From Candidatus Blochmanniella floridana (GTDB taxonomy: Bacteria > Pseudomonadota > Gammaproteobacteria > Enterobacterales > Enterobacteriaceae): DNA of 32,000 nucleotides. The DNA lies in contig BX248583.1 in NCBI GenBank assembly GCA_000043285.1, positions 660,001-692,000 of the forward strand, given 5' to 3'. The notes below the pieces were generated by a model. It worked only from the letters and a program-made list of their open reading frames with translations. It was not told the DNA's origin and ran no database searches. Of the stretch, positions 11,411-19,696 are shown piece after piece. Each line of letters starts with the position of its first letter. Positions within the stretch are counted from its first letter, which is position 1. The position numbers and the translations under genes are program-made.

Positions 11411-12145
11411 TTATTGTACTAATCTAGCAGGCCTTCCAACCACCGTTGAATAAGGCGGTACTGAGTGTACCACAATAGATCCAGCACCAATTTTTGATCC
11501 ACAACCTATTTCGATATTACCTAAAATAATAGATCCTGCCCCAATTAAAACCCCTTTTTTTATTTTTGGATGCCGATTACCATCTATTTTTCCAGTACTT
11601 CCTAACGTAACAGACTGCATAATAGATACATTATCATCTATGACAGCAGTTTCTCCAATTACCACTCCAGTCGCATGATCTAACATAATTCCACAACCAA
11701 TTTTAGCAGCAGGATGAATATCTACATTAAAAATAATAGAAATACGATTATATAAATACATAGCCAATCCTGGATAATTATGATTCCACAACCAGTTCGT
11801 AATACGATATGCTTGTAAGGCATGAAATCCTTTTAAATACAAAAAAGGAGTGAGATATTTTTGTACAGACGGATCACGTAAACGTATCGTACAAATATCT
11901 TGAGCTGCCGCATCAATAATATCATTAGTTCTATATATATCTTTCAATATATCAATTAAATCAATCGTCATCATATCTAAATTATTTAACTTTTTAAATA
12001 ACAAATAAACTAAAGCATCTTGAAAATTATCATGATTCAATAAAGTTACATTTAAAAATTTTTTTAATATAGGCTCTGAATCAATCAACAATCTTGCCTC
12101 AATTATCATATTATTCCAAACTATATCAACTTTATTCGAAGACAT
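11411..12145 (-). CDS. cysE: serine O-acetyltransferase, about 29 aa shorter at the C-terminus than E. coli CysE
   Basis: 244 aa ORF collinear with E. coli CysE (IVWNN..., DIHPAAKIGxGIMLDHATGVV, hexapeptide repeats). It ends at PARLVQ just after the left-handed beta-helix. Confidence 0.93.
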   Translation of the reverse strand: MSSNKVDIVWNNMIIEARLLIDSEPILKKFLNVTLLNHDNFQDALVYLLFKKLNNLDMMTIDLIDILKDIYRTNDIIDAAAQDICTIRLRDPSVQKYLTPFLYLKGFHALQAYRITNWLWNHNYPGLAMYLYNRISIIFNVDIHPAAKIGCGIMLDHATGVVIGETAVIDDNVSIMQSVTLGSTGKIDGNRHPKIKKGVLIGAGSIILGNIEIGCGSKIGAGSIVVHSVPPYSTVVGRPARLVQ

Positions 12146-12230
12146 ATAATTCCCTATGTTCTATGATATCAAAATCAAATAAATAACAAATTAACATTCA
12201 AAATAGTATTTATTAATTATTAATAATATT

Positions 12231-13232
12231 TTATAAAATATATGAACGCCTTATTAAAGAATACACTGCTTCATGAACATTTTTATTTTCATATAATATT
12301 TTATATATTTGTTCCGTAATAGGCATAATTACCTTATATTTTACAGATAACATATATACTTCTTTAGTATTACTTATTCCTTCTATTAATTGCCCAATAC
12401 TTTTCTGTGCATAATCTACATGCATTCCTTGCCCCAACAACATACCAAAACGACGATTACGAGATTGATCATCAGTACAAGTTAATACTAAATCTCCTAA
12501 TCCAGCTAAACCAACAAATACATCAACAGAAATCGCGCCAATTGATTTACCTAATCGAATCATCTCCGACAAGCCACGAGTAATTAAAGCAGCTCGTGCA
12601 TTTGCTCCAAATCCCATACCATCAGAAATACCTACTCCAATAGCAATAACATTCTTTACTGCTCCTGCTATTTGCACTCCTATAACATCAGTAGTTTTAT
12701 ATACTCGTAAATTCTTAACAGAATACAATAAATGTTCTATATCATATCGAAATTTTATATCAGCAGATGCTAATTCTATTGCTGCAGGTAACCCTATAGC
12801 AAGCTCATGAGCAAAAGTTGGACCAGATATTACTGCACAAGGCACCTCCTTACCCAAAACATCATACACTACATCCTGCAATAACCAACCAGTTTTCGGC
12901 TCTAATCCCTTAGATGCAATAATAATACGAAAATTATTTTTTAAATTCAATCGTAATTTCAATAACACACAACGAAACACATGACTCGGTACAGCAATCA
13001 AAATATTTTGAGAAAAATCAGCAGCCACCGATAAAGATTCTTCCACATATAATGAATCAGGAAAAAAAACACCTGGTAAATCTACTTGATTAGATCGATC
13101 AATTTTAAGAATTTTTATATGTTGAGAATTATGACCCCATAATAAAACCATATTACCATGCTTCGCTATAGCAACAGCTATAGCTGTACCATATACCCCT
13201 GCTCCAATAACAGTAACACTAAATTTTTCCAT
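12231..13232 (-). CDS. gpsA: NAD(P)H-dependent glycerol-3-phosphate dehydrogenase
   Basis: 333 aa ORF with GAGVYGTA Rossmann motif and GpsA core (GPTFAHE, GAVKNVIAIG, RNRRFG). Adjacent to cysE as in E. coli. Confidence 0.94.
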   Translation of the reverse strand: MEKFSVTVIGAGVYGTAIAVAIAKHGNMVLLWGHNSQHIKILKIDRSNQVDLPGVFFPDSLYVEESLSVAADFSQNILIAVPSHVFRCVLLKLRLNLKNNFRIIIASKGLEPKTGWLLQDVVYDVLGKEVPCAVISGPTFAHELAIGLPAAIELASADIKFRYDIEHLLYSVKNLRVYKTTDVIGVQIAGAVKNVIAIGVGISDGMGFGANARAALITRGLSEMIRLGKSIGAISVDVFVGLAGLGDLVLTCTDDQSRNRRFGMLLGQGMHVDYAQKSIGQLIEGISNTKEVYMLSVKYKVIMPITEQIYKILYENKNVHEAVYSLIRRSYIL

Positions 13233-13674
13233 AACATCATAAATACATACAAAAATTTACTGTAATTTAACAACAATACATACAAACCTAATTAACTCAC
13301 TCTAAACATTTAATAAAACCATCTCATTCATTAAATCTCAAAATACTACTATCTAATTTTTAAACAGACAAAAACACAAAATTAACTCATCTTATTCAAC
13401 CAATACCATTCTTCCTATCACACTCTAACAACAATAAAATACCTAAATATACAACATATACACTTAACAAAACTACTATATTTATTACTTACATCTATAC
13501 CAATAGATACACATAACTAAATTCAATCATAAAAACAAAAATATCCTATACTATAATAATTATATTACCAAATACAAATTTTAAAATATAAATTTAATTT
13601 AAATTTCATATTCAACATTATACTAATATATTACCAAACCAAACATGTCGTAATCATTAAAAATAAAACCAACT

Positions 13675-13941
13675 TTATTTCAATAATTGTTCTAAATCCT
13701 TCCGATTCCTACCTAATTTTAATAAATCATCTGACCCTCCAACATGATTATTATTAATAAAAACCTGAGGAACTGTAACACACCCCTTTGATCTATTATA
13801 CATTTCCAAATATGCAGGATCCGATTTATCATCACTTAAAACAATTTCTTTAAATATTAAAGATTGTTCTACTAAAAAAAACTTAGCCCTATCACAATAA
13901 GGACAATTCTTTTTTGTATAAATAACAATATCATATGACAT
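13675..13941 (-). CDS. grxC: glutaredoxin 3
   Basis: 88 aa ORF with CPYC active site and TVPQVFI motif. Synteny with gpsA and yibN. Confidence 0.9.
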   Translation of the reverse strand: MSYDIVIYTKKNCPYCDRAKFFLVEQSLIFKEIVLSDDKSDPAYLEMYNRSKGCVTVPQVFINNNHVGGSDDLLKLGRNRKDLEQLLK

Positions 13942-13968
13942 AATAAAACCCTCACCTCATTACTAAAC

Positions 13969-14412
13969 CTATTTTTTCAAATTCAATAAAGGAAATCCAC
14001 CATCTACCCAAGAAGAAATACCCCCTTCTAATACATATACTTGCGTAAATCCTAATCTATTTAGATCTTTTTTAACTGAATACAAAAATCTGTCACTCGA
14101 ATTATACACAAGAATCAACGGATTATTCTTCAACCGACTACCCAAAATAAAATCATTCTCCTTTATATCTTTAATAGATATATTAATACTATTAACAATA
14201 TATCCAGAATAATACTCTTCCGAATTACGCATATCAACCACTACAGCACCTTTTTTATTTATTAAAAAAACTGCTTTCTCACACGAAATTTTAAATCCAC
14301 TATACATCCAATTCATATAAAAAATATACAATATTATAACTAACAAAAAACACCATACTAACATTAACACTAAATGGTTTTTACAAAACAACAACATTTC
14401 TTGAAAAAACAT
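13969..14412 (-). CDS. yibN: membrane-anchored rhodanese-domain protein
   Basis: 147 aa ORF with an N-terminal hydrophobic helix plus a rhodanese fold. Position next to grxC as in E. coli. Confidence 0.8.
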   Translation of the reverse strand: MFFQEMLLFCKNHLVLMLVWCFLLVIILYIFYMNWMYSGFKISCEKAVFLINKKGAVVVDMRNSEEYYSGYIVNSINISIKDIKENDFILGSRLKNNPLILVYNSSDRFLYSVKKDLNRLGFTQVYVLEGGISSWVDGGFPLLNLKK

Positions 14413-14679
14413 AATTACACCAAATATATTAACATAATATTATAATTATAATTTCTATAACTAAAACAATCTTCTTTACATTTTATCTAATACTTCACTG
14501 TTACAATATCATTTTAACTAAACAATAATTTTATTTTAACAAATAAAATTATAATATACTTACATATACATAAATTTTATGATAATTAATCAATACCAAA
14601 ACATTTTTAAACCAAAAAGTAACTTTTACATCCAAACAACAAAAAATTTAACAACAAACATAACTAATTAAAATAATAA

Positions 14680-14710
14680 TTGACAAAAACTTTTAATCCA
14701 GTAATACTAT
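14680..14710 (+). promoter_or_regulatory. possible sigma70 promoter for hldD-waaF-waaC (TTGACA at 14680-14685, weak -10 candidates at 14702-14710)
   Basis: A perfect -35 hexamer is rare in this G-poor stretch. The -10 match is weak (TAATAC or TACTAT). If used, the transcript would begin just upstream of the 72-nt palindrome. Confidence 0.25.
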
Positions 14711-14732
14711 ATCTATTATTATAATGGTGTTG

Positions 14733-14804
14733 ATTTATAGTGTAACAATACTCAACACCCGTGACTCCTTAGTCACGGGTGTTGAGTATTGTTACACTAT
14801 AAAT
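14733..14804. repeat. perfect 34-bp-arm palindrome (4-nt centre CCTT) with GC-rich core
   Basis: 14733-14766 ATTTATAGTGTAACAATACTCAACACCCGTGACT is the exact reverse complement of 14771-14804. It lies between divergent genes, 33 nt upstream of the hldD ATG, and has no flanking U-run. Confidence 0.95.
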
Positions 14805-14837
14805 AAATATAGATATATTAAATATATTATTTAGTTT

Positions 14838-15773
14838 ATGATTATAGTTACCGGAGGGGCAGGTTTTATTGGAAGAAATCTTATTAGAAGATTGAACAAA
14901 ATTCAAAGGACAGATATCTTGGTTGTTGATAATTTACGAAATGGAAAAAAATATAAAAATTTAGTAGGATTGCATATTTCTGATTACATAGATAAGCACT
15001 GTTTTATAAAAAGATTATTAAATAATTCTAATTATTTAAAAAATATAGAAGTAATATTTCATGAAGGAGCTTGTTCGAACACTTATGAATGGAATGGAAG
15101 ATATTTAATGAATAACAATTATCAATATTCTAAATCATTACTTAATTATTCTGTTGAAAATTCGATTCCTTTTATATATGCATCTTCTGCTTCTGTTTAC
15201 GGAAAAAATATTTATTCTTCTAATACATTTGATAATAATGAAAACCCTTTGAATATTTACGGTTATTCTAAATTTTTATTTGATCAATATGTTCGAAGTG
15301 TTTTAACAAAAGTTTCTTCTCAAGTTTGTGGATTGCGGTACTTTAATGTTTATGGACCTTATGAAAATCATAAAGGGGCTATGGCAAGTATTATTTTTAA
15401 TATATATCAAAAAATCATACATAGAAAAATCCCTGTTTTATTTATTGGTAGTAGAGATTTTAAACGAGATTTTATATATATAGATGATGTTGTAAATATT
15501 AATATATGGATGTGGGTTAATAAAATATCTGGTATTTTTGATTGTGGAACTGGTGTTTCTGAATCTTTTACATTACTCGCTGATATTGTGTTAAAATTTT
15601 TGAATTATGATTCAATTCAATATGTTCCTATGCCTTATAAAATAAGACAACATTATCAAACATTTACAAAAGCAAATATTTCTTATTTAAGAAATATAGG
15701 ATATGATTTTTCTTTTATTAAATTAAGTGAAGGTATTCATCGATATTTAAATTGGTTAATTCATAATAATTAA
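14838..15773 (+). CDS. hldD: ADP-L-glycero-D-manno-heptose 6-epimerase
   Basis: 311 aa ORF starting MIIVTGGAGFIGRNL (NAD Rossmann), with the YGYSK catalytic motif. Collinear with E. coli HldD/RfaD and followed by waaF-waaC. Confidence 0.94.
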   Translation: MIIVTGGAGFIGRNLIRRLNKIQRTDILVVDNLRNGKKYKNLVGLHISDYIDKHCFIKRLLNNSNYLKNIEVIFHEGACSNTYEWNGRYLMNNNYQYSKSLLNYSVENSIPFIYASSASVYGKNIYSSNTFDNNENPLNIYGYSKFLFDQYVRSVLTKVSSQVCGLRYFNVYGPYENHKGAMASIIFNIYQKIIHRKIPVLFIGSRDFKRDFIYIDDVVNINIWMWVNKISGIFDCGTGVSESFTLLADIVLKFLNYDSIQYVPMPYKIRQHYQTFTKANISYLRNIGYDFSFIKLSEGIHRYLNWLIHNN

Positions 15774-15816
15774 TCATTTAAATTATTATAATAATATAAA
15801 TTTATTAGAATAGTTC

Positions 15817-16872
15817 ATGAAGATTTTAGTAGTTAGTCCATCATGGATTGGAGATACGGTTATTTCACATAGTCTATATCGTTTGTTGTTTAAGAAATAT
15901 CAATCTCAAGTTAAAATAGATGTTATCACATCTATACGATGTGAACCTATAATTAAACGAATGATTGAAATAAACAAAATATTCTATGTTCCATATAAAC
16001 ATAGAGTATTAAATTTAACTCAATGTTATAAATTAGCTAATTTATTGAGAACAGAAAACTATACTCAAGCTATAATACTACCTAACTCATTAAAATCTGC
16101 TTTAGTACCATTTTTAGCTAAAATTCCTGTTCGAACTGGTTGGAGAGGAGAAATGAGATATGGTTTTATTAATGATTTGCGCATCTTAAATAAATCATTT
16201 TTTCCTGCAATAATTCATAGATATTCTGCACTTGCCTATAACAAGCATTCTATTCAAAATTTTTCTGATTTACCTTCTCCATTACCATTACCTCAATTAT
16301 GTATACAAAAAGAAGAAATATTAAACGTATCGATTAAATTTAATTTACATACAAAAAAAAAAATTATAGGTTTATGCCCTGGATCATCAAAGGGACTATT
16401 TAGAAATTGGCCTCATTATCATTTTGTTAATTTAGCTATCCGGTTAATATATTATGGATATCATATAGTAATTTTAGGTTCAAATGAGAATTATTTATTA
16501 ATTAATGATTTTATTGAAAAGAGTAAATTAAAAAAATTAGTTCAATATTATGATAATTTACTTGGATGTACTTCTTTAGATGAAGCTGTTTTAATTATAG
16601 CCCTATGTTCTGCTATAGTTAGCAATGATTCTGGATTAATGCATGTAGCGTGTGCATTACATAAACCAGTGGTAGGTTTATATGGAATCACAGATTCCTG
16701 TTGTACTCCCCCTTTATTTTATAAAAGTAAGATAATTCAAGGTAATGCTTTTAAGAATAAAATAATGTTTTCAAGAATGAAAATTAAAAAAAGTTTATAT
16801 AATTATCATAGTAGTTTAATTAATATTAGTGTTAACCAAGTATTTGAAGTATTGAAAGAGTTATTACGTTAA
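15817..16872 (+). CDS. waaF: LPS heptosyltransferase II
   Basis: 351 aa ORF starting MKILVVSPSWIGDTV..., collinear with E. coli WaaF. Operon position as expected. Confidence 0.92.
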   Translation: MKILVVSPSWIGDTVISHSLYRLLFKKYQSQVKIDVITSIRCEPIIKRMIEINKIFYVPYKHRVLNLTQCYKLANLLRTENYTQAIILPNSLKSALVPFLAKIPVRTGWRGEMRYGFINDLRILNKSFFPAIIHRYSALAYNKHSIQNFSDLPSPLPLPQLCIQKEEILNVSIKFNLHTKKKIIGLCPGSSKGLFRNWPHYHFVNLAIRLIYYGYHIVILGSNENYLLINDFIEKSKLKKLVQYYDNLLGCTSLDEAVLIIALCSAIVSNDSGLMHVACALHKPVVGLYGITDSCCTPPLFYKSKIIQGNAFKNKIMFSRMKIKKSLYNYHSSLINISVNQVFEVLKELLR

Positions 16873-16892
16873 TTTTGGAAAAATAAGATTAT

Positions 16893-17873
16893 ATGAATGT
16901 GTTAATTATAAAAATTTCTTCTATGGGGGATATAATCCATACTTTACCTGCAATAACAGATGCATCTAATTCTATACCTAATATAATGTTTGATTGGGTT
17001 ATTGAAGAGACTTTTTCTGCCATTCCAAGATGGCATCCATCTGTACAACAGATTATTCCGATAAAATTAAGAACTTGGAAAAATAATTGGTATTCATTAG
17101 ATTCTTGGAAAGAATATAGGTCTTTTATAAAAAAAATAGTAAAAAAAGAATATGATGTAATCATTGATGCTCAGGGTTTATTGAAAACAGCTATATTTGT
17201 AACTAGGGTAGCTAAAGGGATTAAACATGGTTTGGATTCTGTTAGTGCTACAGAGCTGATGAGTTGTTGGTTTTATGATCATTGTCATTTTGTAAAAAAA
17301 AATCAACATGCAATTGAACGTATTCGAAATTTATTTGCAATATGTTTACAATATTCAGTACCATTAAGTATAGGAAAATATAATATTAAGAATTTTTTTA
17401 ATTATTATAAAAATCAACATAATATCGTGCCTTATATAATATTTTTTTGTGTTACTACTTGTTCTAAAAAACAGTGGCCTAAATTATATTGGTATAATAT
17501 AATTCAAAAAGCATTGAATTTAGGTTATCATATAAAAATTCCATTTTGGACTGTAAGTGAAGAGCTATTTGTAAAAAAGATTAAAAAACATTTTAATCAA
17601 GTAATAATATTATCACGTTTAACTTTACAAGAGATTGCAATACAGATTTTAAAATCTACAGCAATTATATCTGTTGATACTGGATTAAGTCATTTAGCAG
17701 CAGCTTTTGATTGTCCTAATTTAACATTATATGGTCCAACTGATCCTAAACTTGTAGGAACATATGGTGGTCGTAATCAATTAATTTTAAAATCTAAATC
17801 TAATGATATGAGGCATCTTACTCCGGATTTTGTTTGGAGTACGTTTGAAAAAAATTTCGATATTTTAAAATAA
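16893..17873 (+). CDS. waaC: LPS heptosyltransferase I
   Basis: 326 aa ORF starting MNVLIIKISSMGDIIHTLPAITDA..., which matches the E. coli WaaC N-terminus. Confidence 0.92.
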   Translation: MNVLIIKISSMGDIIHTLPAITDASNSIPNIMFDWVIEETFSAIPRWHPSVQQIIPIKLRTWKNNWYSLDSWKEYRSFIKKIVKKEYDVIIDAQGLLKTAIFVTRVAKGIKHGLDSVSATELMSCWFYDHCHFVKKNQHAIERIRNLFAICLQYSVPLSIGKYNIKNFFNYYKNQHNIVPYIIFFCVTTCSKKQWPKLYWYNIIQKALNLGYHIKIPFWTVSEELFVKKIKKHFNQVIILSRLTLQEIAIQILKSTAIISVDTGLSHLAAAFDCPNLTLYGPTDPKLVGTYGGRNQLILKSKSNDMRHLTPDFVWSTFEKNFDILK

Positions 17874-18163
17874 ATTATTATTTTTTAAAATACTTGGTAA
17901 TTAAAGTAATTAATTTGTTTATAAAAATTCGATATTTATTACATAATGTTTTATACATGATAAAATTCCTGATTTTTTATTGTGTTTTTTAAAATTTGTA
18001 ATGTATTATTGAATAAATAAATAATGAGTATTTATACATGATTGTATTTTATTTAATATAATTGATGCACATGCAAAATTAATTATAAAAATCATTTTAA
18101 CATTAAACGAATATTTTTTATAGATATTTTATAAATATGTTTAAATTCAGTTTATTGATGTCA

Positions 18164-18181
18164 ATATATATATATATATAT
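18164..18181. repeat. (AT)9 dinucleotide microsatellite ending in the waaA start codon
   Basis: ATATATATATATATATAT followed by G. The last AT plus G forms the ATG at 18180-18182. Confidence 0.9.
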
Positions 18182-19472
18182 GTTTATATTATATATGTTT
18201 GTATATAATATTATTATATACAGTATTCAACCTATCATATGGATTAGATTATTGTGGCGTAGTAGATTTGTACCGACGTATCGTCAGAATTTAGGGGAAC
18301 GTTATGGTTTTTACTGTCATAAAAATATTAAACTTAATAGTATAATAATACATGCTGTTTCAGTTGGAGAAACTTTATCAGTAATACCGTTGATCTATAA
18401 ATTGCGAAAAAAGTATCCAGATGTTATCATTACACTCACTTCTATGACTCCTGCTGGTTTAGAAATGGCTTATAAGTTATCAGCATATTATCATCATGTA
18501 CAATGCATGTATCTTCCTTATGATTTATTTTTTTCTGTAAAACGATTTTTAAATTATATACAACCTAAATTAGTTATTATTATGGAAACAGAATTGTGGC
18601 CAAACTTAATCAATGAATTATATAAACGTCGAATTCCTGTAATTATTGCAAATGCTCGTTTATCAAATATCTCTTTTAAAAAATATAAAATATTTAATCG
18701 ATTTTTTTATTATATTATGCAACGTATAAATACCGTAGCTGTTCAAAGTAAAGAAGATGCATTTCGGTTTTTTAGTTTAGGATTTAAAAAAAATCGATTA
18801 AATATTGTGGGTAATTTAAAATTTGATGTTAGTTCTAACAAAATTAATCTAAAAAAAATTTTATCTTTTGAAAAAATTAAAATTGAAGGCCGTTTGGTTT
18901 GGATAGCTAGTAGTACTCATAAGGGAGAAGAAATAATATTATTAACAGTGTATAAACGACTTTTAAAATCTTTTTCTAATTTACTCTTAATTCTTGTACC
19001 TCGTCATTCTGAACGTTTTAGTGATGTGATTAATATTACTAAACATGCAGGATTTTCTTATGTTGTGAGAAGTAGTGGTGTTATACCTACTAAAGATATA
19101 CAGGTGTTTATTGTGGATACTATAGGAGAATTAATGTTTTTATATGAAATTTCAGATGTAGCATTTATTGGAGGAAGTTTAGTTCGACATGGAGGACATA
19201 ATCCATTAGAAGCCGCTGAGTATTCAATTCCTTTAATTATGGGTCCATATATTTTCAATTTTAGGGATATTTGTAATAAGATGTATAGTTTAAATGGTTT
19301 AATTAAAATTACTGATACGAAATCTCTAATTCATATTATGCATATGTTGTTAAAAAGTAAAGATCGTCGTTTGTATTATGGTGGTTGTGCTTTTAATGTA
19401 TTTAAGAAAAATCGAGGAGCTTCATATAAAATATTAAATATTATAAGTCACTATTTGGTAAAAAATTCTTGA
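18180..19472 (+). CDS. waaA: 3-deoxy-D-manno-octulosonic acid (Kdo) transferase
   Basis: 430 aa ORF collinear with E. coli WaaA (IQPIIWIRL...GERYGFY...SVGE...HGGHNPLEAA). An alternative start at the Met 5 codons downstream is possible. Confidence 0.93.
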   Translation: MFILYMFVYNIIIYSIQPIIWIRLLWRSRFVPTYRQNLGERYGFYCHKNIKLNSIIIHAVSVGETLSVIPLIYKLRKKYPDVIITLTSMTPAGLEMAYKLSAYYHHVQCMYLPYDLFFSVKRFLNYIQPKLVIIMETELWPNLINELYKRRIPVIIANARLSNISFKKYKIFNRFFYYIMQRINTVAVQSKEDAFRFFSLGFKKNRLNIVGNLKFDVSSNKINLKKILSFEKIKIEGRLVWIASSTHKGEEIILLTVYKRLLKSFSNLLLILVPRHSERFSDVINITKHAGFSYVVRSSGVIPTKDIQVFIVDTIGELMFLYEISDVAFIGGSLVRHGGHNPLEAAEYSIPLIMGPYIFNFRDICNKMYSLNGLIKITDTKSLIHIMHMLLKSKDRRLYYGGCAFNVFKKNRGASYKILNIISHYLVKNS

Positions 19473-19530
19473 ATATTATTTCATTGATTTAATTTTTAAA
19501 TCAATGAAATAATATTCAAGAATTTTTTAC
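19458..19530. terminator. perfect 35-bp-stem / 3-nt-loop palindrome between convergent waaA and rpmG; probable bidirectional terminator
   Basis: 19458-19492 is the exact reverse complement of 19496-19530. It contains the waaA stop (19470-19472) and the rpmG stop (19527-19529), and is followed by T7 on the + strand. Confidence 0.75.
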
Positions 19531-19688
19531 TTTTTTTCTGTATATGTAATATGTTTTTTAATAATAGGATCAAACTTTTTTAATTTTATTTTCTCTGGAT
19601 GAGATCGTTTATTTTTTGTGGTAGTATAAAAATGTCCATTACCAGTAGAAGAAAATAAATAAATTATTTCTCGAGTTTCTTTAGCCAT
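19527..19688 (-). CDS. rpmG: 50S ribosomal protein L33
   Basis: Not in the ORF track (53 aa). Manual translation gives [53 protein letters not shown], which matches L33. Directly downstream of rpmB. Confidence 0.93.
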   Translation of the reverse strand: MAKETREIIYLFSSTGNGHFYTTTKNKRSHPEKIKLKKFDPIIKKHITYTEKK

Positions 19689-19696
19689 GATTATTC

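Larger units (their letters stand above)
14413..14837. other. candidate replication origin region: divergent spacer where strand composition polarity flips
   Basis: My hand counts on the + strand. 14413-14720: C 44 vs G 5. To the right, non-coding DNA is G>C (17874-18179: G 26 vs C 15). Genes diverge from this spacer. No canonical DnaA box seen. Confidence 0.55.

Noticed and set aside
14728-14737. 10-mer TGTTGATTTA shared between the left edge of the 14.7-kb palindrome and the region just upstream of the MarR-family start codon (22494-22503). Considered as a shared operator half-site.
   Set aside because: A single 10-nt match in 32 kb of AT-rich sequence is within chance expectation, and there is no second half-site at the MarR promoter.
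14413-14837. Search for DnaA boxes (TTATCCACA / TGTGGATAA), 13-mer DUE repeats or iterons in the putative origin spacer.
   Set aside because: I saw no match better than about 6 of 9 by eye and no obvious tandem repeats. Near-matches elsewhere (TTATCCATA at about 7936; TATCCATAT inside the 23.1-kb palindrome) are isolated. The origin call therefore rests on skew and gene orientation only.
14413-14837. Alternative reading of the skew switch as a replication terminus or an inversion breakpoint.
   Set aside because: The polarity (C-rich to G-rich on the + strand, with genes diverging) is the opposite of a terminus. Collinearity with E. coli across the junction argues against an inversion endpoint here. 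The unequal skew magnitudes keep a historical rearrangement or origin shift possible, and that is reported as a separate finding.
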